Part shown: piece after piece, positions 1 to 9,653 of the stretch | How positions within the stretch are numbered: position 1 is the stretch's first letter | How the letters are laid out: each line of letters starts with the position of its first letter | From: an uncultured Verrucomicrobiae bacterium | GTDB lineage: Bacteria; Verrucomicrobiota; Verrucomicrobiia; Opitutales; JABDGR01 | Assembly: GCA_963765205.1 (NCBI GenBank) | Contig: CAVXVB010000009.1 | Coordinates: 608,001-672,000 of the forward strand | DNA length: 64,000 nucleotides | Reading direction: 5' to 3' | Made by a program: the position numbers and the translations under genes | Notes under the pieces: model-generated | Databases searched by the model: none | The model's input: only the letters and a program-made list of their open reading frames with translations | Told to the model about the DNA's origin: nothing

Positions 1-657
1 GTAGGCCAGAAAATCATCAGTGTAGAGATTTGAGCCAAATTCGACATTGGCCTTAATATGGCCTTGAACCGTGGTCTTTTGGACATCGTTGGCTACGATG
101 GCGCGGATTTCCCCATTTCGTTGCACCGCGCCCAAAATAGGGGCCTTGGTGAGCGTATTACGGCCCTGTGTGCCTTTTACACGCTTGCTGGCGTGCTTGT
201 TCTTCTCTTTGCCGCCAATGTAGGTCTCATCGGCTTCCACCGTGCCAGAGAGCTTGCTTCCCCCGAAGCTGCCTTGTTTCATAGCTTCCCTAATCCGGTG
301 ATCCATAAACCAGCCCGTCTTTTGCGTAACCCCGACCTGTTGGGCAAGCTGGACAGAGGAAATGCCCTTGCGGGAGGTTGAAAGCAGGTAGAGGGCAATA
401 AACCACTTTTGCAGGGGTAGCTTGCTCTCCCCGAACACTGTTCCGGTCTTAATGGTGAAGTCCTGTTTACAGTTCGCGCAACGATACCGCTTACCGTCCT
501 TAAATAGGTGAATTTTCTTGCCGTTACAATGAGGGCAATACTCGCCATTGCGGAACCTGATAGCTGCAAAGTGCTTACGGCACGCTTCATCGTCCTTAAA
601 GTGAGCAAGGAATTCGGCCAGCGTGTCGAAGTGGAAATCTAGTGGGTTAGTATTCAT
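1..657 (-). CDS. IS1595-family (ISXO2-like DDE) transposase, N-terminal part; runs off the window
   Basis: Not in the ORF track. Manual minus-strand translation from ATG 657 is open to base 1: MNTNPLDFHFDTLAEFLAHFKDDEACRKHFAAIRFRNGEYCPHC...YRCANC...KGISSVQLAQQVGVTQKTGWFMDHRIREAM...VEADETYIGG...NLYTDD. This shows the Zn ribbon, HTH and catalytic D motifs typical of IS1595. Confidence 0.95.
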   Translation of the reverse strand, partial: MNTNPLDFHFDTLAEFLAHFKDDEACRKHFAAIRFRNGEYCPHCNGKKIHLFKDGKRYRCANCKQDFTIKTGTVFGESKLPLQKWFIALYLLSTSRKGISSVQLAQQVGVTQKTGWFMDHRIREAMKQGSFGGSKLSGTVEADETYIGGKEKNKHASKRVKGTQGRNTLTKAPILGAVQRNGEIRAIVANDVQKTTVQGHIKANVEFGSNLYTDDFLAY

Positions 658-666
658 TCTGGCATC

Positions 667-694
667 AGCTTACCCCAAAATATGGGGTTGTCAA
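667..694 (-). promoter_or_regulatory. Putative sigma70 promoter of the transposase with an operator-like palindrome in the spacer
   Basis: Minus strand TTGACA-N16-TAAGCT just upstream of ATG 657. The spacer is the inverted repeat ACCCCA-N5-TGGGGT (672-688). Confidence 0.55.
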
Positions 695-717
695 GTGCCA
701 AAATGAAGATTTTTGAC

Positions 718-921
718 CTATTTTGTCCCTTTTGCCAACTCCATTAGGCGGTCAGGTTCGCTAACAGGCGGATGCCCTTGCCCTGCCCAGTGCTCAATAA
801 TCATGGCAGCATAACGGCTAGGAGTGAATCCAAGCGATTTTGCCCGGCCTTCAATATGCCGGGCCAACGGAGAAGATAATACCACCCCAAACTGCTTCTT
901 GTTTTTACCGATTTTGCCCAT
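718..921 (-). CDS. Small putative ribbon-helix-helix-like DNA-binding protein (IS cargo)
   Basis: 67 aa with a basic N-terminal strand (KKQFGVVL) followed by two helices (ARHIEGRAKSLG / PSRYAAMIIEHW). Confidence 0.5.
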   Translation of the reverse strand: MGKIGKNKKQFGVVLSSPLARHIEGRAKSLGFTPSRYAAMIIEHWAGQGHPPVSEPDRLMELAKGTK

Positions 922-969
922 GCTCCCAAAACTGACAGGGGCCGATTATTTAGCACGAAAAAGCTTGCA

Positions 970-992
970 TAACTGTAAAGTCTCTACAGTTA
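970..992. promoter_or_regulatory. Operator-like inverted repeat between the divergent regulator and PEP-CTERM genes
   Basis: TAACTGTA-N7-TACAGTTA, perfect 8-bp arms, ending 13 bp before ATG 1006. Confidence 0.5.
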
Positions 993-1005
993 CATGATTT
1001 AACTT

Positions 1006-1743
1006 ATGAAAACTATACTATCTTTCGTTATCGTTTTCTTGTTATTGCTCGCCCATGTCCAAGGCCAACAGGTCTTGCTGTTTGATAATTTCAACGGGAC
1101 ATCTATCAATTCCGCCGTTTGGAATGTTTCTTTGCCTTTCGGTGGTTCGTCGGCAGTAGAAGGAGGCGGAAATTTGACCATACAAGACAGGGCGACGGTA
1201 TATTCAGTCCAAAATTTTAATACCCCTTACAACATAACAGGTAATTTCATACTGAATAGCCCCGGCGCAACAAACGAAGAGGAACAATTTGCTGTTTATT
1301 TCGAGTCAAATTTTTCCATTTATTCTCCACTATCGGGGTATGCAGTTCCTACTGGTGTCATGGTGGATTTTCAGGCGACTGGGAACCCTGACAGTTTAAC
1401 CATTCAACAATTTGACAGTAATAATCAGCCCGCTTCTGGAATTCTTGCCGAAACAAATTATACCTTAAATGACGGAACTCCTTATAATTTTGACATAAAC
1501 GTGAATGGCTCACTCATAAATGTTTACGTCAATGACTCTCTTATCCTTTCGGGAACTAGTTCTATTTCCACCGGCAATCAAATCGGTTTTGAGGATGGGA
1601 TATTTGCCGGGGATTCCACCAGTATAAGCGGCGTAGAAGTATCCAATGTGCCAGAACCCTCGGTTTATGGGTTGATTTTTGGACTTGCTGGATTGGGGAT
1701 AAGTATGAGATTAAAAAGAAAAAACTATCTTAAACATCAATAA
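1006..1743 (+). CDS. PEP-CTERM exosortase-target surface protein with a beta-rich (lectin/ConA-like) body
   Basis: Signal peptide, N/S/T/G-rich body, then C-terminal VPEPS + hydrophobic helix + basic tail (RLKRK). Confidence 0.9.
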   Translation: MKTILSFVIVFLLLLAHVQGQQVLLFDNFNGTSINSAVWNVSLPFGGSSAVEGGGNLTIQDRATVYSVQNFNTPYNITGNFILNSPGATNEEEQFAVYFESNFSIYSPLSGYAVPTGVMVDFQATGNPDSLTIQQFDSNNQPASGILAETNYTLNDGTPYNFDINVNGSLINVYVNDSLILSGTSSISTGNQIGFEDGIFAGDSTSISGVEVSNVPEPSVYGLIFGLAGLGISMRLKRKNYLKHQ

Positions 1744-1752
1744 TCTCCCCAG

Positions 1753-2035
1753 ATGAAAAAGTCTCGTTACATTTGCGCAGATATTCAACTTTCCGACCGA
1801 TGCGTTTTCGTTTACGCTGGCCCTCGTATTCTTTCGGCTCTCGAAGAGATAAATCGTCTTGATCTTTATAAAGGAGTGAAGATTCTTGATCTATTAAGGG
1901 CCGTTTATATTCAGGGCCGTTTATATTCAGGGACAGAAAGACGGCGCTCATCTTGTTTTTGAGCGCATTGCTGTTTTAGAGAACTCCATTCCTCATCGGA
2001 ACCCCGGTGCGCCAAGGAAGCTAAAAAAATCATAG
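1753..2035 (+). pseudogene. Small hypothetical cargo gene frameshifted by a 16-bp tandem duplication
   Basis: AGGGCCGTTTATATTC is duplicated at 1897-1912 and 1913-1928. Removing one copy restores ...LLRAVYIQGQKDGAHLVFERIAVLENSIPHRNPGAPRKLKKS* (TAG 2033-2035). Confidence 0.6.
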
Positions 2036-2210
2036 AGTCGAAAAAGGGGTCTATGGATTTAGCGGGTAAGTGTTTTTTGAGTTTGTCGAGATTAGGCTTC
2101 ATGTTTTTTGACTATGGCTTGAAATGCCTGATTTTGGAGTCTAGGGTAACTTTGTATATAGTTCCCAAAAATTAATTGCTCCAGCGGGGAAAAGAAAGCA
2201 CGCTTCACGT

Positions 2211-3608
2211 GTGAGCGAAAACTTGGAAAATGTGCCTTTGCCCGCGGAGTTGGCGAACGTTGTCACTGACGTGGCGCAACGCGTGCGCGCGGCCGGGGGG
2301 CGGGCGGTGCTGGTGGGCGGCTGCGTCCGCGATGCCATCTTCGGGCAAACCGCCAAGGACGCGGACCTTGAGGTTTTCGGAGTCGCCCCGGCGGCACTGG
2401 AAAAACTCGTCGCGTCGTCCTATCCGGTCATCACCGTCGGCAAAAGCTTTGGCGTCCTGAAAATCCGCGGTCTTGAACTCGATATTTCGCTGCCGCGGCG
2501 CGAACAGCGCACCGGCCCGCTCCACACCGACTTTGCAGTGGACGCCGACCCCGCCATGTCGTTTCGCGACGCCGCCGCGCGGCGCGACTTCACCCTCAAC
2601 GCCATTTCGTGGGACCCGCTCACGCGCGAGGTGATTGACCCCTTCAACGGCGCGGCCGACTTGCGCGCGAAAATTTTGCGCCACACGACGGAACGCTTCG
2701 CCGAGGACCCGCTGCGCGTGCTCCGCGCCATGCAGCTCGTCGCGCGCTTTGAGCTGGAGGTCGCGCCGGAGACGATTGCACTGTGCTCGACCCTGACCAT
2801 GGACGGCATTTCCAGCGAGCGCGTGTTCGAGGAATGGCAGAAACTTTTGGTGAAAGGAAAAAAGCCCTCACACGGGTTGGAGTTTTTGCGCGCGTGCGGC
2901 TGGGTCAGATTCTTCCCGGAACTGGCCGCGCTCATCGGTTGCCCGCAGGATGCGAAATGGCATCCTGAAGGTGACGTATGGGTGCATACACTGCATTGCC
3001 TCGATGCCTTCGCCGCGCGGCGCACCGGCGATGCGTGGGAGGATTTGGTCGTGGGCCTCGCCGTGCTCTGCCACGACCTCGGCAAACCCGCGACCACGAC
3101 GCACGAGGCCGACGGCCACATCCGCTCGCTCGGCCACGAGGCCGCCGGTGAAGCGCCTTCGCTGGCGTTGCTCGCGCGGCTCACGCACCACAAGGAACTC
3201 ATCGAAAGCGTCCTCCCGCTCGTGCTCTGCCACATGCGCCCGCGCGAGTTGATGTTGAGCAAGGCTGGCGACAGCGCCATCCGCCGCCTCGCCAAAAAGG
3301 TCGGGCGCATTGACCGCCTCGCGCGCGTGGACGAGGCCGACCGCTGGGGCCGCCCGCCCCTCGCGGCCGACGAACCCGGCGGCGGCCACTGGCTCCTCGA
3401 ACGCGCGGCGAAACTCGAAGTCGCCAGCAATGTGCCCGCGCCGATTGTCCTGGGCCGCCACGTCATCGCCGCCGGTCTCACCCCCGGCCCGCGCTTCAAG
3501 GAAATCCTGAATGCCTGCTTCGAAGCGCAACTCGACGGAAAATTCACCGACCTCCCCGGCGGGGAAAAATTTCTGGCGGAGTTGCTTAAAGTTCAACCTA
3601 ATACTTAA
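2211..3608 (+). CDS. cca: CCA tRNA nucleotidyltransferase / polyA polymerase family protein with HD domain
   Basis: LVGGCVRD, DADLE, RRDFTLNA, EDPLRVLRA, HPEGDVWVHT and HDLGK motifs. Confidence 0.9.
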   Translation: MSENLENVPLPAELANVVTDVAQRVRAAGGRAVLVGGCVRDAIFGQTAKDADLEVFGVAPAALEKLVASSYPVITVGKSFGVLKIRGLELDISLPRREQRTGPLHTDFAVDADPAMSFRDAAARRDFTLNAISWDPLTREVIDPFNGAADLRAKILRHTTERFAEDPLRVLRAMQLVARFELEVAPETIALCSTLTMDGISSERVFEEWQKLLVKGKKPSHGLEFLRACGWVRFFPELAALIGCPQDAKWHPEGDVWVHTLHCLDAFAARRTGDAWEDLVVGLAVLCHDLGKPATTTHEADGHIRSLGHEAAGEAPSLALLARLTHHKELIESVLPLVLCHMRPRELMLSKAGDSAIRRLAKKVGRIDRLARVDEADRWGRPPLAADEPGGGHWLLERAAKLEVASNVPAPIVLGRHVIAAGLTPGPRFKEILNACFEAQLDGKFTDLPGGEKFLAELLKVQPNT

Positions 3609-4819
3609 AGATTTTCCACCGCATCCAAAATCGCCACCCCCACGCGGTCGGCGACGAGGCGGCCGGTGCGGGTCAGGCGGAGGATACCGCCGGATTTTTC
3701 TAGGAGGCCGTCGGCGACTAAATCATCCCACAGTGGGTCAAGCGCGGCGAAGTCGAAATCCGGGAATCGCTCCGCGAGCGCAGGTAAGTCCACGCCGCGG
3801 TTCAGGCGCAGGCCGAAGACGAGCGCGTCGGTGGCGAGCAGCGCCGGCGTGAGCGCCACGACATCCATGCGCTCGAGTTTTCCAGCGTCAACGCCTTTAA
3901 GCCAGCGCGCCAAGTCCGGCGGATTCGCGTGGCGCGAGCCTTGAAATTGCGAGGCCGCCGCCGGCCCGAGGCCGACCCATTCCGCCATCGCCCAGGTGTC
4001 CAGGTTATGCGCGCACTCGCGGACCGGCCTCGCATAATTGGATATTTCGTATTGGTGGAAGCCGGCCGCGTCGAGAAAGTCCCAGGTCGCTTCGTAAAGC
4101 GCGGCGTCCACCTCCACATCGGGGCGCACCTGTCCGCGCGCGAGCTTGAGCCACAAGGCCGTGTCCTCCTCAAACGTGAGGCAATACGTCGAGAGATGCG
4201 CGGGCGCCAGGCGCACGGCCTCGGCCAGGTCGGCCAGCCATTCCTGTTGCGTTTGCCCGGGCACGGCAAACATCAAATCGAGATTGAGATTGTCGAACCC
4301 GGCGGCGCGGATGAGGTCTACCGCGGCGTAAACCTGCGCGGGCGAATGCCGCCGGCCGAGCGCGGCCAGCGTGGCGGGGGCGAAACTTTGCACCCCGAGC
4401 GACAGGCGGTTCACCCCTAGGTCGCGCAGCGCCGCCAGTTTGTCCGCCTTAACTGAGGACGGGGCCAGTTCGACTGTCCATTCGTGCGGCGGCGCGCCGA
4501 GGTGCTCGAGCAGAACCTGGCCGAGGCGCGCCAAATCGCGGGCGGGGAGAATGCTGGGGGTGCCCCCACCCCAAAACATTGTGTCTGCTGCCCGGCCCGG
4601 GCTGGCCAGGGCCAGTTCGCGCTCAATGCCGGCGAGGAAGCGGTCCAAATCCTCGCGGTGGGGCGCTTCCTGATAAAAGGCGCAAAAGTCGCAGGTCGAG
4701 GCGCAAAAGGGGACATGGACGTAAATCCCCAGCGGTATTTGGTGCGCGTGGGGGGCGGTTGCGCGGGCCTCCAGGACGGATTTAGGCGCCGGGAATTGGG
4801 CGTGTAGTTTTGCTTGCAC
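3605..4819 (-). CDS. hemW: Radical SAM heme chaperone HemW (HemN-like)
   Basis: IYVHVPFCASTCDFC, GGGTPS, RLSLGVQSF and QYEISNYA motifs. Start trimmed to GTG 4819 because the longer ORF overlaps the divergent gene. Confidence 0.9.
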   Translation of the reverse strand: MQAKLHAQFPAPKSVLEARATAPHAHQIPLGIYVHVPFCASTCDFCAFYQEAPHREDLDRFLAGIERELALASPGRAADTMFWGGGTPSILPARDLARLGQVLLEHLGAPPHEWTVELAPSSVKADKLAALRDLGVNRLSLGVQSFAPATLAALGRRHSPAQVYAAVDLIRAAGFDNLNLDLMFAVPGQTQQEWLADLAEAVRLAPAHLSTYCLTFEEDTALWLKLARGQVRPDVEVDAALYEATWDFLDAAGFHQYEISNYARPVRECAHNLDTWAMAEWVGLGPAAASQFQGSRHANPPDLARWLKGVDAGKLERMDVVALTPALLATDALVFGLRLNRGVDLPALAERFPDFDFAALDPLWDDLVADGLLEKSGGILRLTRTGRLVADRVGVAILDAVENL

Positions 4820-4864
4820 GGGAAGGGCAGGCCGCAGTATTGTGTCAAATTCGTTGATTAACGC

Positions 4865-5920
4865 ATGAAAGCCAAGCTCTTCCTGTTCACCGCCGCGCTG
4901 GCCCTGGCCACCGCCTTTTCCGGGTGCAACAACCCGGTCATTAACGTCACGCTGCCCCAGGCCGCGGAAAACCAGTCGCGCATCTACACACTGTTCGTGA
5001 ACACGCGCATCAACAAGTATTCGATGGTGGACGGGTCGCTCCACGCCTTTGTCACCATCGAGGGCCAGGAACACGAGATGGCGCCCTCGCCCTACGGCGA
5101 CGATATTTTCCAGTATGACTACACCATGCCCGGCGACCGCGAGCAGGCCAAGTATTTCTTTACGATCCGTTACGATGAATTGGTGAACCAGCTCGTCAAA
5201 CACCGCGATATTGAGAGCCAGCTTTATACCCTCAACATCGTCAACCGTTACGTTTTGCAAATGGAGAACACCCGCGGGCCGGTGGGCGCGGTGGTGCCGG
5301 TGGTCGGCAATGGCTTTTCCCCGGCCGACACCGTCGTCATTGCCGGCAGCGCAGCCCCGACCTCAGTCGCCTCGGCCAACGCCCTGACTTTTGCGGTTCC
5401 TCCGCTGCCACCGGGTGATTATCCCGTCGAATGGCATTCGGGCACCGACGTATTTCAAATTGGCGCGTTCCATGTGGACATTTCGGCGCTGACCGTTTCG
5501 CCTGCCAGTGTCGAATTGGCTTCCGGCGATGCAACGTCGTTGACCATGGCGATGGGCGAACCGGCGCCAACGAGCGGCGTCACGCTCAAAATTCTTACCG
5601 ATGCTCCCGCCAGCGTGGTGATGCCGACGGAAGTACTTATTCCGGCTGGTCAAAAAAGTGTGACGGTAAAACTCTCCGGCGGTTCTCCGGGCGCGGGCAG
5701 CCTGCATATCGATGCGCCGGGTTTCAGCCAGGCGGTGGTGCCGATTAAAGTTAACGAAGCGCCCGCGCTGCCAGTGGTGACGCCCGCCCCCGTGGAGGAA
5801 GCGCCTGTCCCGGCAACACCCTCTCCGGCGGATACTGCTCCGACCCCGGCTCCGGTCGCCACGCCACCTGTTGCAACTCCGCCGAAAGACGTGCCCGCCG
5901 CGGCCGTAATTGGGAGTTAG
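4865..5920 (+). CDS. Lipoprotein with IPT/TIG-like Ig folds and a Pro-rich tail
   Basis: Lipobox FSGC; RGPVGAVVPVVGNGF is IPT-like; PA/PT-rich C-terminus. Confidence 0.7.
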   Translation: MKAKLFLFTAALALATAFSGCNNPVINVTLPQAAENQSRIYTLFVNTRINKYSMVDGSLHAFVTIEGQEHEMAPSPYGDDIFQYDYTMPGDREQAKYFFTIRYDELVNQLVKHRDIESQLYTLNIVNRYVLQMENTRGPVGAVVPVVGNGFSPADTVVIAGSAAPTSVASANALTFAVPPLPPGDYPVEWHSGTDVFQIGAFHVDISALTVSPASVELASGDATSLTMAMGEPAPTSGVTLKILTDAPASVVMPTEVLIPAGQKSVTVKLSGGSPGAGSLHIDAPGFSQAVVPIKVNEAPALPVVTPAPVEEAPVPATPSPADTAPTPAPVATPPVATPPKDVPAAAVIGS

Positions 5921-6165
5921 CATTAGACGAACCGTTGGCCCTTGGGTTCGGACAACTTAAGGTGGTGGAACGAGGAACGCTCCCATACCCAATCTAGGCG
6001 TCGTCATGATTGCCCCATTGCGCGGGGTCTGGCGTCTGTGGCGTAAAAGTTTTTGCAACTTGCATGGAAATGCACGGTTGAATGGTTCACACGCCTGGAG
6101 ATATTCATTCATTTATCAAACTTCTTTAATCGTGTCCTTTTAACCACAAATATATTCCCCTTGCT

Positions 6166-7677
6166 ATGAAAGTTCAGTCATTTAAGTCATTCATGCTCAT
6201 AGGCATATGCGTATGGGGTGCCACGGGTGCCTTGGCGTATTGGGCTGGCAAAGTACAAGGCTCACACGCGGTCCCGGCCACCAGTTCCCATACCAAGTCA
6301 ACGTCTGGAAAAACCATTCTGAATTTTAATTCAGCCGGCACGTCCACCAAGGATCCGGGTGCAATGGTGGACGTTGATCTCCTCAAGCTGAAGGGCAAGA
6401 TGAGCGCTGCTGATGTCGCCCGTTGGGCCGCCAGCCTGGACCCCAAGCAATACATGGACGAAATGAACAAGCTGCAAGCCTTGCCTGCCGGAGCCAAGCG
6501 CGACTCCATGCTGGCCGCTCTTTATGATGTCTGGGCTAAAACCGACCCGGTGGCCTTCCTCCAGTCTGGCTCGAAGATGACCAATCCATCCGCCCGCACC
6601 GCCGCTTTGTCGGACGCACTTAATTCCTGGGGCGCCAAGGATCCCCAAGCCGCCCTCGACTGGCTCAAGAACAATCCGGGTGCCACCACCGCGCTCAACA
6701 GCCAGGAATACTCGTCCATCATCAGCGGCTACGCCGCCACCAACCCGACCGATGCCCTTGCCATGGTCACGGGCATGGGTGAAGCCACGCCTGCCGACTT
6801 GGCCTTGAAACGGCAAGCCATGGCCGCCATGGTTGATGGCATGTCGCAGAACATTGTGGATGGCGACTTCAGCAGCATTTCCACCATGATCGATGGCTTG
6901 CCCGCTAATATGCAGAATAGCGCTTATAACCAGCTCCTGGCGGATTGGAGCACCAGTGCTCCGGCGACCGCCGCTCAATGGATTTCCTCTTTGGCCCCCC
7001 AATATCAAAACCGTTATGGGCAGACGCTCATCGCTTCCTGGGCGGCCACCGATCCGGCGGCGGCTGCCGCTTGGGCTTCGCAACAGGACGCGACCAGTGC
7101 TGCCAACGCCGCAGCCGGTCTCGGTGGCGGGCGTCGCGGTGGTGGCGGTGGCAACCTTCTCGCTTCAACCATTACTGACTGGGTCAGCGCCGGTGGCGTG
7201 ACAGATGCCGCAACCTATATCAATAATTTGCCTGCCGGGCCCGAAAAGGACACGTCCACGGCTTCCTTGGTGGGTGGAATGATGACGGACAATCCCTCTG
7301 TGGCCATGGCTTATGCCCAAACGATTACCGACCCCAACCTCCAGCTTCAGAGCATGGATAGCGTGGCGGGAACCTGGAGTCAGCAAGACCCGCAAGGTTT
7401 TCAGGCTTACTTAGCCACGCTGGACCCGGCTGCGGCCGCGCAATTGCAGCAAGCTTCGCAGCAATATGGCGGGGGTGGCGGCTTTGGTTTTGGTGCCGGC
7501 GGCGGTGGCGGCCCCGGCGGTGGTGGCCCTGGTGGTGGCGGTAATTTTGGCGGCGGCGGCCAGGCGGGCGGTCCTACGATTATTGGTGCTCCAGGTGGTG
7601 GCGGTCGCCGTGGTGGTGGTCGTCGCGGCGGTGGTGGTGGCGGCGGCGGTTTTGGTGGTGGTGGTGGGGGCGGTTAA
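6166..7677 (+). CDS. Membrane-anchored alpha-helical W-x-x-x-DP-x-AA repeat protein with Gly/Arg-rich tail
   Basis: N-terminal TM, about 8 repeats (WAKTDPVAF, WGAKDPQAA, WAATDPAAA, WSQQDPQGF), and a long poly-Gly C-terminus. Confidence 0.75.
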   Translation: MKVQSFKSFMLIGICVWGATGALAYWAGKVQGSHAVPATSSHTKSTSGKTILNFNSAGTSTKDPGAMVDVDLLKLKGKMSAADVARWAASLDPKQYMDEMNKLQALPAGAKRDSMLAALYDVWAKTDPVAFLQSGSKMTNPSARTAALSDALNSWGAKDPQAALDWLKNNPGATTALNSQEYSSIISGYAATNPTDALAMVTGMGEATPADLALKRQAMAAMVDGMSQNIVDGDFSSISTMIDGLPANMQNSAYNQLLADWSTSAPATAAQWISSLAPQYQNRYGQTLIASWAATDPAAAAAWASQQDATSAANAAAGLGGGRRGGGGGNLLASTITDWVSAGGVTDAATYINNLPAGPEKDTSTASLVGGMMTDNPSVAMAYAQTITDPNLQLQSMDSVAGTWSQQDPQGFQAYLATLDPAAAAQLQQASQQYGGGGGFGFGAGGGGGPGGGGPGGGGNFGGGGQAGGPTIIGAPGGGGRRGGGRRGGGGGGGGFGGGGGGG

Positions 7678-7699
7678 GCGCAAAGCAAAGTGGAAGCAC

Positions 7700-9398
7700 T
7701 CATGTGGCCCATTCAAAGGGTGTGTTCGCCTCGACTTCTTCAATCGTAGTCAAGCCAAGCAGGACTTTTTTCAACCCGTCATGACGGAGCGGCTGGTAGC
7801 CGGTGCGCTTGGCCGAGGCGGTCACGGCTTCGACCGAGCCACCGCGGGAAACAAGGTCCCGAATCTCTTCGGTGGCCACGACCAACTCGTGGAAGGCAAC
7901 GCGGCCTTTGTAGCCAGTGCGGCGGCAAATGTCGCAACCTTTCCCCATATAGAATGAGACCGCCAGGCCTTCGGTCTCGGTAAAATAACGCGCCAGGGTT
8001 TCCGGCGAAGCGACGTAGCTTTCCTTGCAACGCTCGCAAATGCGTGCCGCCAGCCGCTGGCCAAGCACCGCCAATACGGAAGGCGCCACCACATGGGGTT
8101 CGACGCCGATCTCCACCAGGCGGGTGAATGCTTGCGGCGCGTTATTGGTGTGCATGGTGGCGAAGACCAGGTGGCCCGTCAGCGCCGCCTCACTGGCGAT
8201 TTTCGCCGTTTCCGCGTCCCGAATTTCGCCCACCAGGATGACGTTCTGGATCCTGCCGCAACATCGCCCGTAACAGGAGTCCGAATTTCAAGTCAATGTG
8301 CGCGTTGACTTGTGCTTGGGTCAGTCCGGGCAGTTTCAGTTCGACCGGGTCTTCAATCGTGGAGACGTTGACATCCACGGAATTTACTTCCGCCAGCGCG
8401 GCATAGAGCGTCGTCGTTTTGCCCGACCCGGTCGGCCCGGTGACAAAGATGATGCCGTTGGCGGCCTGGATTACGCGCTGGAAGGGCTTGAGGATGCTTT
8501 GGGAGATCAGCATCTTGTCCAGCGTCATAAAGTCCTTCTTCGCCGTCGAGGCCAGCACGCGGACGACGCATTTTTCCCCTTCGATCGTGGGCAGCAAGCT
8601 CACCCGAAAATCCCCCTTGCGCGCGCCCAACTGGAGGGAAAAGCGCCCGTCTTGCGGGAAGCGACTCTGGCTGATGTTCAAATCGCACATCACCTTGAGG
8701 CGGCAAATGATGGGGCGGTGCAGGATTTTCGGAAAGCGCAGGATTTCCCGCAACCGCCCGTCAATGCGGTAGCGCACGCGGGTGTCGTTCTCCTGCGGTT
8801 CGAGGTGGATGTCGCTGGCGCGCTCGCGCAGGGCGAAATAAATCAGCGAGTCCACAATGCGGATGAGCGATTTCGATTCACTCAACTTTTCCAGCTCGGC
8901 CGGGCTGAGCTGGAGTGCGACCACCTCGCCGGTGTCCTCCAACTCCTTGACGATGGATTCGATGTCCTTCTCCGAGGAATAATGGACTTCGATGGCTTCA
9001 TTTATTTCGGAAGGCAGCGAGAACATCGGGCTGATCGGCAGCCCGGTGATGCCTTCCAGCCGCTTGCGCATGGCTGTGTTGAACGGGTCCGGCGTGGCCA
9101 CGGTCAGCACGCCCTCCAGCACATACAGGGGCAGCGTTTGTGACTTGCGCACGATCTCCGCGGGGATCAGGGCGATGGCTTCCGGTGTGATGACGGTGTT
9201 GAACGGATCAATATAGGCGACGCCGATGCACTCGCTCCAGAGGCGGCAGGCGACGGTGTGGGGCAGCAGGCCGGCGCCAATGACGGCCTCCAGCAAATCC
9301 GCGGTGTTCGCCCCATGTTTTTTGACCAGGCGGCCGAGATCCTTCTCCGCCATCATCGGATGTTTTTCGCGCAGCAAATCGGCAAAGGTTTTAGCCAT
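7700..9398 (-). pseudogene. GspE/PilB-family secretion/pilus ATPase with a single +1 frameshift (real or sequencing error)
   Basis: ASDIHLEP, Walker A GPTGSGKTT and TIEDPVE. LRQDP|(DVILV)GEIRD is split by an extra T at 8244-8245. Downstream frame has ALTGHLVFATMHTN and a Cys4 motif. Length 1699 = 3n+1. Confidence 0.85.
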
Positions 9399-9435
9399 GG
9401 GAAAAGGAGGATTCGCAGCCCGGCTGTGCGCTGAG

Positions 9436-9633
9436 TTATTGATCTTTGAGCGGTTTGCGCCGGGCGCGGGATTTAAAGATGGTGCGGATTTCGCTCTGAT
9501 CCACCAATTCAAGCCCGAGCACGGAGTCCCGCCGCTCCCACTCGACTTCGCGCAGCAATTCCTTGAGCGAATACCGGGCCTCCTTGAGCGGGGTGCCGGT
9601 GGGCGCGTCAGCGGCTGGCGGTTCGGAAGACAT
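9436..9633 (-). CDS. Small hypothetical protein (65 aa) co-oriented with the receiver and GspE genes
   Basis: MSSEPP...YSLKELLREVEWERRDSVLGLELVDQSEIRTIFKSRARRK fills the operon gap. Confidence 0.6.
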   Translation of the reverse strand: MSSEPPAADAPTGTPLKEARYSLKELLREVEWERRDSVLGLELVDQSEIRTIFKSRARRKPLKDQ

Positions 9634-9653
9634 CGGGGAGAAAGGCGAAAAAT

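Larger units (their letters stand above)
1..2166 (-). mobile_element. IS1595-family element with passenger genes; one end at about 2166, the other end lies outside the window
   Basis: Low-GC block ending at ...ACTTTGTATATAGTTCCC (2149-2166), which resembles IS1595-type termini. It is followed by AT-rich AAAAATTA (possible target site) and an abrupt rise to host GC. Confidence 0.75.

Noticed and set aside
58..608. ORF-track entries 58..381(+) and 279..608(-)
   Set aside because: Shadow frames of the IS1595 transposase (657->1).
1911..2102. 63-aa minus-strand ORF near the IS end
   Set aside because: Overlaps the repaired plus-strand cargo gene and has no recognisable motif; it cannot be excluded but is unsupported.
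4820..5260. N-terminal extension of hemW in the ORF track
   Set aside because: Antisense to the real lipoprotein gene starting at 4865.
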